64,000 nt of DNA from positions 83,335 to 147,334 of the forward strand of contig NMRA01000428.1 of NCBI GenBank assembly GCA_002633005.1, written 5' to 3'. This document shows positions 40,401 through 52,400 of this stretch, one piece after another; position 1 is the first letter of the stretch; each line of letters opens with the position of its first letter. The DNA comes from Phoronis australis (Eukaryota > Animalia > Phoronida). The notes beneath the pieces were generated by a model. That model ran no database searches. It was not told where the DNA came from and saw only the letters and a program-made list of their open reading frames with translations. The translations under genes and the position numbers were made by a program.

Positions 40401-43400
40401 TAACATTCTGTTCGTTGGTGTAATTTTGTTTATACACAGGCGAATTTATGGGGGCCCGCCACCCCCCTTAGCTGCCGCAAGCAAAAAATGAAACAGCAAC
40501 AGCGTAAAACGTGAGGAAATGTTGAGTAACGAGGACTGGTAGCGGAGAAGGAAGGGGGGGCAGACCGCAGCGTTCCTGTTTTTTCTTTAGTCCAAAGGCA
40601 AACACAATAACACTTTGCCCAATTCCCCGAGACAACATCTTCGGATGTTGGGGTCCCGCCTTATGGTATCCTAGATCCGCCACTGTTATAAATACCCAAT
40701 ATTCCTTTGTGTTTTGAAAACAGTATTTATATCTGGAAAGTGTTAATGCTGTTTTCGTGTTTATCTTGAATTACAAATTACTAGCTGTACAGTTACATGT
40801 ACATACAGTTTTTATATCGTTGAAAAATCAGCGGATTTTATTTTGTTTTCTGGTTTGATCTTTGTAATCGAACTGATTTGTTTTGCTTATCTATCATTTG
40901 ACGTTGTTATTGAACCAAAGTTTGTTTTTAGGTTGATTATTTTAGCAACCCTGTCCATGTGGCAAATTTGTCAGTTGATCTGGACTGTTCGTATTCAGAC
41001 GGCATACGGTATATTTTTGTGTTATCTCTTGTAATTAAGGTACCCATCTGGTACCTTCTGTGAAATAATTATTTGTAGAGTTGTGACCCTTAAATTCCCA
41101 GTACAACTTAAAATATTTTTTATTCTTGTGTTGTTTTATTTGTCCCCAATAATAATATTCTCCGGACTTACATTAATGTATTCATTCAGCGTGGTAGACA
41201 ATTGACGTCTGTGTCGTGACATCAGACGAAAGACTCGGTCCGGCGATTAATATGTGACCCAAAGTGTCCCAGGTGCCAAAAATCGACACACTATTTTGAC
41301 GGTTGTGACAGTTACGTAATACCCTTCAAACACCTTGAATGTCCGTCGCAATGGCGCAACGGTCAATCGCCGTTTGAGCGCAAGAAATAGCAACTTTTAA
41401 CTAATGTATGCACTCACTCAGTTTTTACTTAATCTCTTTCCATTCCTTTAAGTGACGTGATTTGAAGTAACCGTCTCCAGCACGAATAATATTTTATTGC
41501 AAATTCCAGCAGCACATTTTTCAGCCGCCTTCACATGTAGGCAGCGCCATCTATTTTTACGCATGAGAACTAAGGCCTGTGCAGTAGAACGCGCCATCTA
41601 TTTTTAAGCGTGAGAACCAGGGCCTGTGCAGTAGAACGCATTGCAAGATTCTAAAGTGTATCACTTAACAGAAACGACGTAACTTTGGTCTTGAAATGGG
41701 AACATTTTTATCATGGCCATGCGACCGGTCTTAGCTAAGACGTTCTTAAGATTTTCACGGGCACTCGGTTGATGAAAGTCGAGTGATCACTTGTAGTGAA
41801 TATCCCAGTAGGTCATTGACTGGAAGGACAGTCTTGTCTGTGAATTGCTACCAATGACAGTTGCAAAGTAAGGGAGAGCGACGTAAACTTGAAGTTGTTA
41901 CATTTTATGCTCTCGTCAATGATATGCGATGAATGCTTTCAGTCATCCAGTTGAGTAAATAATATGTCCAAAATCGACCTCAATCCTTAAAAGTCCAATA
42001 ATTGATTTCATTTTGTACATATTACGTCACTGTTATGTTGCCAACTAAATATTCATTTCTCAAAGCGAACGCAACGACGTTTGCTTGATCTTCATCAGGC
42101 GGAGTTGTTATTTCAGTGTGAATGTAAAATGTCAAATTTCCAGACTTTTCTATGATTATACGTACACGCGACTTTTGTACGAGGGTAATAAAGGTTTGAA
42201 GATTTTATCTAGATAGTTTTCAAACAAACACATGTTTTGCGGAACAATATGTTATTATTATTTTAGGCATCGATGCTGTTATTCTATCATGAAATTGTTC
42301 ATTATTTTAATACTACTCGTCGTATTTTGTACTTATCAAATATTTTTCTATTTTTTGACCAAGTAACCGTCAGGTCCGCTAGTCGTGACGGAAAATCAAA
42401 TTGAAGCTAATACTCAAGATGTTCTAATTTTTGCTCCTTAGTTGCTTGCCATAAAAACTGGAGTAATCATACCGTTACATAAGTACGGTGGCTGTAAAAG
42501 GACGGCACGGAACCTTTTTTCTCCGTTGCTAGCTCTGTCGACAGGCTTTACTTACTCTAGCGATATATTTATTAATTCTATTGATAGACTTACTAACTCT
42601 ATCGATAGACTTACTAACTCTATCGATAGACTTACAAACTCTATCGATAGACTTAGTTTCTCTGTCTATAGACTTACTAATCTCTATTGCTCGATAGCTA
42701 ACAACTCTATCGATATAGATATTAAGTCTACACATGTAAATAGAGTTGCTTTGCAGTCCTTTTACAGCCACCGTATTAACCAGTATCTTCCGATAAGGAA
42801 ATGTTTCTTTAAAATATTCAAGGACAGGCAAGTGTATCAATTTATCGCGTGTACACGTGGAAACTTGCCGGCAAAGCGCTCTTTTTAAAAGCAACGCTTC
42901 GTCTGGCCAGACCACTGTCTCGTCGTTTCAAGTCTCATTAAGCCTACAACAGAGCAATTGGCTGTTTGGATTTGTATCGAAATGGAAACTATATGATTGA
43001 TCGATTTACAGGGATCTTGATCAGAAAAAAGGTTTTGGTAAAATGTGTTTCAACATGTGTTAATTTTGTAGTGTTTATACCGTGGCTGTGATCCTAGTCA
43101 TTATTGCACCCAAAACCAAACATTGCCCAACCGATTTTCTCCTGACATATTTTGATATCCTATTCTGATATATTAACCCTGTATTGATGTTCTCTCTATT
43201 CCAGTTTGTTCCTGAGATTCGTTAGAAATTATTTTGGAACTCGGAAAAAAGTGGCATAAATTTCCAGTTGCTTGAGACTGGACGTCATGAGCTAGTTTGA
43301 CCATGGTTTTCAATTGATGCCCCCGGCATGGATTGGTCTTGAGTAGATTTACTGATAAAAATAGGTTTAATCGATATAATCGCATCTTTCATGTATAGCC

Positions 43401-46400
43401 TACACAGTACATGTACTGAGCATATCAACAAAGTCGCTTATTACCTCATATTATTACCAAAAATGATTTTCTGACAAACTGCATTTCGAACTGTTTAGGT
43501 GGCTAAAATCCAAAATTGAATTTATTAAACCTTTTACTCTTATGAAATCGTCCTCGTAAAGTTGATTATTAAGTGTGAATATCAAGGTCACGTTTTCGTC
43601 AATAACAGTCAGCTCGTTTTGGCTACAACCAGTCGTCCGGACTTTGATAAAAGTTTTCATATTATAAAAGAACATGCTGCGTCTTCACTCTGAGAATTAC
43701 TACTGACATTAACAAAGGTACTACCAGTACGACGTAACCTCGTTCTTTAAAAATGATGATCTATTCCAACCACGTCTGTTATATTACCTCTTAAACACTG
43801 AGTAGATTTGGTAATTTCATTTGCAAATTTGTTATTTAAAAGTTTCGGTGATGAGTAATTAAGATGCACGGTGAAGTTACTGATTGTGAAGCTTGTTATA
43901 ACTTGTTCATTGTTTCTGCAGGACCGCGAGACCCCACTACACCAAGCAGCATGTCGGGGCAGCACAGAGGTGGCGAGGGTATTGTTACAGTGTGGGGCCC
44001 ATGTAGACATGCCAGACAAGGTAATAGAAACTACTTGATACAATTTTGATATTAAGACCATGTTATCTTCATTACAAAAGCTGTAGGGTATATGAAGTTA
44101 AACTAATTATGTTGTGCATAAATACACATTTTATTTTTCCTGATTTCGACATGTATTTTCAATCTGTACCCGGTACATGCATGTTAAGAAACAGTGAGGT
44201 TTGAATCGTGTCAACAATATATATGTCAACTTAACGTTGATACTTTTTTATTCTTCATGGCAATCGGCCATTCAACATTACAACTTTATATTAAACAGGA
44301 AGCCACTAAACCGGTGTATCAACACCACATGGAGGGGTCACTGTCAAGTTATGGAGGCGCTCAGTAATTTCTGGCAGTCCACGTCTGCACCATGTTATTA
44401 TTGCAACGTTTTAAAATCACCTGTAAAACTTGACTGTTGAAATCGTTACAAGTATTATAGCCTTCTTAGAGGGGTCAGTAATGTTTCATTTATGTCACCT
44501 TACAAGTTCACTTTCTCCCGTGTATGTTAATTAGCTCTAAACGTTGATCGTCCATTCACACATCTCCATTATATATTACATAGGAGGGCTGGACACCGCT
44601 GCACTGTGCAGCACTGTATGGTTATACACAGACAGTGAAGTGTCTAGTTGAACACAGCGCCACAGTGAATGTCACTAGTAAGGTAATTAATGACACACAG
44701 GTTGTTTGGTTGATCTAGTTGATTGCACAAACGATGTTTAAAACTGAAGAAGAACAAATTTTGTTTGTATTTTTGCAATTTAATGCCCCTAAACAATGTC
44801 AAATTAAATGTCGTCTGCTTTCCGTTCATGAACCACCAAAGCTTGGTAGACTGAGTATGACTTACCTGTGTTACCTGTTGTTTGGTTGTAAAACTTAACA
44901 TTGTCATGCTGATATCATTACAAGTATTATAGCCTTCTTAGAGGGGTCAGCAATGTTTCATTTATGTCACCTTACAAGTTTACTTTCCCCCGTGTATGTT
45001 AATTAGCTCTAAACGTTGATCGTCCATTCACACATCTCCATTATATATTACATAGGAGGGCGTGACACCGCTGCACTGTGCAGCAGGGTGTGGTTATACA
45101 CAGACAGTGGAGTGTCTAGTTGAACACAGCGCCACAGTGAATGTCCGTGATGAGGTAATTAATGACACACCGGTTGTTTGGTTGATCTAGTTGATTACAC
45201 AAACGATGTTTAAAACTGAAGAAGAACAAATTTTGTTCGTATTTTTCCAATTTAATGCCCCTAAACAATGTCAAATTAAATGTCGTCTGCTTTCCGTTCA
45301 TGAACCACCAAAGCTGCGTAGACTGGTAGAGACAATGCATGACTTACCTGTGTTACCTGTTGTTTGGTTGTAAAACTTAACATATTCTTGTTGACATCAA
45401 TACAAGTATTAGCACCTTAGAGGGGTCAGTGATGTTTCATTTATGTCACCTTACAAGTTCACTTTCTCCCGTGTATGTTAATTAGCTCTAAACGTTGATC
45501 GTCCATTCACACATCTCCATTATATATTACATAGGATGGCCGGACACCGCTGCACCGGGCAGCACAGTGGGGTCATACAGCCGTCGTACAGTGTCTCCTC
45601 CAACACGGGGCCAACGTGAATGTCCGCAACAAGGTAATTAATGACACACAGGGTGTTTGTTTGAACTAGTTGTTTACACAACGATGACTAAGCAGAATCA
45701 TTCGGTGATTTAATTAATCAATCACCATTTATAATTTCGTTGTAAATTTGATATTTCTCCTTGCACTCCACGTGACGTGCACGTGAAGTAACGTGCACGC
45801 GATTTTAACTAATTAGAAACAGTTTTCAGGTCACATGGCGTTGTACAATGAGTTTGTTATTTACTTGCATTTTCATAGCACTCACTAAATGAATGTCGCT
45901 CTGTTGTATAACATCAAGTTGTCATACTTTAAATTATCTTTTCAATGCGCGGCTACAACACATCAGACGAACATTTAAGGAATGTCGCTCAAATTGTGTG
46001 CAGTTTAAATGTCAGGTTGTAGTCACACTCTGTTGATCCACCCACGTCAAGAATATGCAAATGATGGTGAAGTTTTGAATTTGAAAAATATAAAACGTGA
46101 CGCCCTGTTGAGCCACCCATTTCGCTATATATAATTCTGATCAACTTGCTGTAGTGGGGTGACACACCGCTACACACGGCGTCAGAGGGAGGACACGCAG
46201 CGGTGGTGAAGCTTCTAATCATTAAAGGCAGCTGTGACGTGACTGCCGTAAAGAGAGTTGTACTCCGTGTTTGATTCATACTGCAATAAATGTGTTTCAC
46301 ATGAACTACGAGTTCGAGGAATTATTCATTGAACATAAATATCTCATCAATAATGATCTACCTCTTGGGTGAACCTATACATGAAGTTGTTTCTTTACTG

Positions 46401-49400
46401 CAGGTACCTTCCCATAATTCTCGGTAATTAAAAAAGTCACTGGTCTGATCCTAACATTGCGACGCCAACTAAAAACAGACCAGGAACGCCATGAGTCGCC
46501 TACACTGGGCACAAATTTAAATTTTCTCATCATATTGATTATAAAATATTCAGGTTTTAATCAGAACTGTGCAAGGAATTAGAAGTGCATTTAGGAAATC
46601 TCCCTAAAGGTTTTCTAGTCCTGTTTTCTTTAATACAGCGGTTATTTAACAATTCATTTTGAAAGTTTTGTTACCCATTTAATCCGACTGTATAACTATG
46701 TATGTTCCTGCCATGGGTTGATTTATATATTCTGTGACGGGGTAATCTAGGGCTAAATTGGTCAAAGTTCAACCCTTCAGAAGGAAAAGTCGTTTTTTCA
46801 CTATACAAGAAGCCTGCGCGTTCTAAACCCTTAGAAAAGCGTTGTAAAACTATTTTACGAGCGGTAATCTTCTTTTCTGGTTCACTGCAAATCCAAGATA
46901 TGTGTGTAGGTTATTTTAAATGGTGTTTAGAAGCTAATTTGTTAATGATTATTGCGTGAATTTAGTTGTCACATCTTCTTGTAATGTTAAACAGTTTGAT
47001 CCGTTAGTTGCGAACACTTCTAAAGTTATAAAATTGTATTTCACCTGTTTGATTGAAAACAAAGACCGTCGATGTCCTTTTGTCGTACAAGGTGTTTTTT
47101 TGGCAAATCTTGTTTTTGTCTGGACTAAATGTGTGTGGACGGCCACGTTCTCAGAAATTACCTGTGTCGATCATATCACTCCAAATATTTCATTTATATA
47201 TATCACATACGATATGACCAAAAAGAAGTTCAAGTTATTTAGGAACGTTTCCAAAGTTGCCAACATTGGAGAATGAAAAGACGGGGCACATGGAAATGAA
47301 TATACAGTTTTGTGAGCAGTAGTCACAAGATACATTGAGTTAGAGGAAGTATTCATTCAACCGAAATATTTCATCAAAGATGTCCTACTTTTTTAGAAAC
47401 CACTTCGAGTCACTTTTATTTTCACCTAATTACTGGACAAGTCATTTCGGCCTAAAAATGTTATTCATGAAATGGGTTGGTTAACGCAGGTTTCATTGTG
47501 ACTGATGTTTCTGTACCATACACTGTTCTCGATGTTAATTTCGCAAAAGTGACACTAGATGTATTGACTTGGGACCCGTTCACTATCAACCGCTACACTG
47601 ACAGATGGTTATATGCTGGCTGGTTTATGTGAAGTCATATACTTACACCAGATTTATAAAACAAGTTCTGTTTTTGTGAATTTTTGACACACTGTCAATT
47701 CTTGATAGTACTGATATACAAACCAGCCTCATCAGATCACCTGTCAATTGTACGACTGAAGCTTCATCCAAACGCAGGAAAAAATAACTATGATCTACCG
47801 CGCCGGTGCCTGTTGCGCGCTCCCAATGCGCCGCCCCTCGATCATGCCCTAGCTGTTGGTGACATGAACATGACCCAGATTGTGATTTTTTTGAAAATAT
47901 TATCGATTTAAAAAAGCTGCCCCATTACCACAAGTACAGTTGTTGATCTTTACTGTTTCGGTTGCTGCCTATGCGGGCATTTAGGCGCACGTGACTTTGT
48001 GTAAAGTTCACTTTTCCGCAACAAAGTGGAAGACGTTGAGGTGTATTCAATTAAAAGACTATCAAATGGAAAGTACTGAGCGAACTAAGAACATCAAGTT
48101 TAAGAAGGGATAAGCACCCGCACCTACCAGTTAAACTATTAAGCGCATGCACCTAGAGTGTATGTGCGAAACATTTCAATAAACGCAATATTCCACGGCT
48201 TAGGATGCATGGGAATAATTTTGCGCATGTTATTTTTGATGTGAGAATCAAAGAAATTGCACCAGCAGAGGGTAAGATAGCGACCACGTGTGTTGAAAGT
48301 TCAATGGTTCCAAGCAGAGACTTATCTAAGAAAATCTCTTTTCTCATCGATAGTGTATCTTTAAAGTCGCTTTTAAACTCGGTGCTGCGGTTTTTGAGAT
48401 GTTGGAAGTGAACTAGAACTACAGAGTACAATTATTCCTATTCCGATGCTAATTTTGTTGATTTTTACTATCAAAAGAACAATGTTAGTATTACAGAACT
48501 ATTATTTGATTGGACAGACGTCATTAGCTTTGACCTGAATTATAAAACAACTAGATCCGTTATGTTTGGGGTTTTTGAAATCAATTCTAAGTCTAAATTT
48601 ATGTGTTTGCGATTTTATTACAAATCGTGAATTTCGCCGTTGTCTGGCTAACATTCGCTTAAAATATTCTGACAAGGTGTGGTTTAAATCGCCTGCAAAA
48701 CACTTGGCTGCTAACACCATGGTGCTAGGCAGTCTGGAGCGTATCTCAGAAAATCACATTTCTCACCAATAACGGTTCAAATACCACACCACGAATGCAC
48801 GAACAGTAACTTGTGTTAGTTATAGTACAGTGATTGTAAAACAGTGTGGATTTTTTAAATTCACCACTGTGATGAATGAATTATCTCTAAATAAGTTAGG
48901 TATATCTGCTTGAACAAAGGGAGGGTAGGATCATATCCGATGACAAGTTTATCGATATTTTGCGCCAAACACCGATTTAAAGAATAATTTAATTTCATCA
49001 GGCGAAGTTGTTGGGAAAGCAACATGAGTGGACGAGGTTAAAACCGCATCATAGCGTTGACAGGAATGGGAAAGTTTGGCAAACTTGAAGACTATGTGTG
49101 AGGTAGATGTAGACGATATACCTGGTGAGAAAATTAATGATCAAAAGATCAAACAATGGTATTAGTATAGTTTATTTAAGATTTGGTTCAACGCAAAGCG
49201 TTCTACTTTTCACAACAAAGGTAGTCACAGGATTACAACGTGTGTGTCCAATGAACTGCTAATTGGATCATTAAGGGTCGTGACATTCCTAATGTCTCGA
49301 ATGCGTGTTTGATTAGAAGCTCGAGCATTTATTTCCAAAACACCCTCATATTCTCGCAAATCAGTTAAGGGCAAGCCTTTTGTGCCTGGAGTAGAACACA

Positions 49401-52400
49401 GGACTCCATACTCATCTGGGCGATGACAATGTATTCCGCGAATAAATTTGCTGGTTTGGCAACTGCCAGTGAAATACGAAATAATCCTCACACCAAATGT
49501 GTTGATCAGGATCAGTCGAAATGGTTTTTTCGAATATTTGACTATTTAAGTATTCCGTTGAAATGTCAATTCCTATTCACAACTTCAATGGATGATGATT
49601 TCCAAGAACTACCAATTGTAGATTTTCGTCTTAAAATTTGGATGCAACCGTTGTCAATAAAATGAAACTTATGCAATGAACGTTTTGGTCAAAGCACACC
49701 TCTAGTCGTGCCTTTCCATCGGAATAGGAATAGAAAACAAAAAAGCCAAACGCATAAACAAAAATATTCATATCTTCAAAAAGGACGATTCAATGTCATG
49801 GTTCTCAACATTAATCCATGTTACATAAAAATCGAATCGTAAGGATTTTGGCACGTTTGGTGTAATTCAATGATGTGGTGAATAGTACAGTTTTGGGGTT
49901 TCAAAGTGTGAGATTTTGAATTATTGAAAATAACATTTTCCAGCATATTTGCAGTGAATTTATTCTACAAAGGATGTGGACGTTCTAAATCATTTTCGGT
50001 AAACAATAAAACATGCACACTGACAATCACGTTTGGGAGATGTCTTGTTATAAATCATTTTTACTTGCGTTACATTTTATAATCTCTAATGTATGATCTT
50101 AATAGACGGACAACCCTTTTGGTATTTGTCACTTCCTTTATACTGTTTTTAATTTAGCTAGTTTTCTTTCCTACAGCAACGTGGTTTAGGGGGAACGTGT
50201 ACTGGGGGGGGGGCTACTTAGTTTTAATTTCAAGGTGATTATGTAGTGGTCAAGATGTTCACAAGATGACAAAGGACTGAACAAATTACTTGGAATTTCA
50301 ATTACTTCTCTCGAAGTGTTGTAACCCGGTGGCTTATTTTTAATCCGACTGCACGACTGTGTATGTTCTTGTCGTGCTTTGATTTATATATTCTGCGAGG
50401 GTCTAATCTCGTGCGTAAATTATTTTTCGCTGTTGGCAAGGGAAATTCCACTGAAAATTATAGTCGTCCTATTCATTCAGCAGTAAACACCATTGAGCCT
50501 GTTCATTCTTCTTTATGCACAGTAAGTCTCGTCGTAATAATGCCACGAGAGTGTGCAGGGAAATTGTCATTCTGCGTCCAAAGTATGCACACGAATTTGA
50601 GTTTTATTTTTCATGTCAAACTTGCAATGAATGGTAGCGTGAAGGACAATTCCCACAAATTGCGTCACTTCGGACTGCTTTACCTCAAAGATGGTAGATC
50701 AGGTTTCGGTGGAGCAGCATCACAAACGTTATGAATATTGATAAATTTGGACAATTTTCTAGGGTCTCTCAGAATCCATTGTGTTTTTTGTGATTTTGTT
50801 ACAAGTCCCAAAGTCTCTCAGTGGTGTCCAGAGATTCGCTGAAGTCAGAGACAGTGGCTTTTTTCAGTAAAAGCGAAATTGGGATTATAGCTGTTCGCTT
50901 TCATCATAGCTGTATAACAACAAAAGGCTGTTCTGTGATTTTATTACAAATCTCGAATTCTCGTTGTTTTCTGGCAGACATTCGCTGAAATTGTGACACT
51001 CTTAAAATACTAACTAAATTTAGCTAGTGGGACTTAGCTCAATGGCAGAGCGTTGAACTGCGACTGACGAGCAATTGCTTTCGATTTCTTGCTGCGACTA
51101 TCGTCAAAAAATACCTTACTCCCCGGTAATGTCTCTTTTAATATTCTTAACGTAGTCCACCATTCACGGAGAATATTTTTTTCCGACAACATTGTTGGAC
51201 TGCAACCGCGGGGTTTGAAGGTTGATTCCACTCTGAGGCTCAAATCAGATATTTTTGCACGAAACAGCGATTTAAAGAAAATGTGACTTGCAACCCAACA
51301 TTATTGCAAAATATTGCCACATTATGTTTCTCGTTAATTCTGCTCGATGTGCAACATGACTGAGTCAACTACTCAACCACCAGGTGGCAGTGTTGGCATG
51401 TTTATAAAGACTTTGTTGGCAAACTATGCTATCTGTAAGATTTACAACAATAAAAGAAATCGGAAAGCTAAAGGTTTTTTGTGAAGTACATAATATAAGT
51501 TTATTGATTAATGTTACTCAGCAAGTTTTATTTACACTCTAGTGTGAAAAACTAAAGACAAAGGCCGCAGTGCATTTTTCAATGTAACTGCTCTTTAAGA
51601 CTCATGCGTGCAATACAAAGCTGTAGGAAACCGTGAGTTCAACTCTCCTTGACAGAGTGTTCACTACATGTATCCTCTACACGCAGATGAGTTGAGTCTA
51701 CTGAAAACATTGTTAACCATAACGGATAGAGCTGTTGAGCGTGTGTTGGCTCCAGTTGATGATATCACACTATGGGATCCATACGCTTACAATTCATCGA
51801 AATGTGTGACATGAACAAAAAGTTGTTCACACCCTGGTCTCTCCAATAAACTGACTTAAGTCTCAGATTTGTCTCAACTCCCAAACTTGCAGAAACGGCG
51901 AAAGGTATGCACTTTGCTTGTATCCATGAATATGGAGGTCACGTGTTTTGTGTAGTGCAGGTTTGACTTAAAATTAATACCCATTTTAATTTTAATTTTT
52001 AATCTGAATTAAAACACGTATTTTACAGGATGGAAAAACTGCTTACGATGTCTGTGGGAAAGAAGCAATAAAGAACCTCCTTAAGGTACAAAGTAATGAA
52101 CCAGTTTATGAGTGTTGTTATACGCAGACGATATCATCGTTGTTAATAACTTGGTTGTTTTTGTTATTGATATCACGACCACATTGTCAATATTAGTCCT
52201 CATTACTACTAGTACTGCTATTATCAGACCACCCAAAGAAACATGTCTCACGTGCAGAGGTAAGAATAAGCGTTTTAGGAAACCATACCACATCTAAAAC
52301 AATATCCACAGGGTCCAGGAGTTTCGTTTCGTAACTTAAACAATGCTCGTTGTTCTAGTTGGCGGGGTAGTAGGGCAGATAGTCTTGCCATATTCAAATT

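Larger units (their letters stand above)
44446..45680 (+). repeat. ~475-bp intron+ankyrin-exon unit, ~2.6 tandem copies
   Basis: Near-identical introns, each followed by a 99-nt ANK exon; no N nearby. Confidence 0.95.

Noticed and set aside
44446-45680. Ankyrin triplication as an assembly artefact
   Set aside because: No N nearby, three distinct copies, and differences concentrated in specific codons.
46400-49700. Degenerate minus-strand L1/Tx1-like LINE
   Set aside because: Only a faint C-x2-C hint; no RT motif I could confirm.
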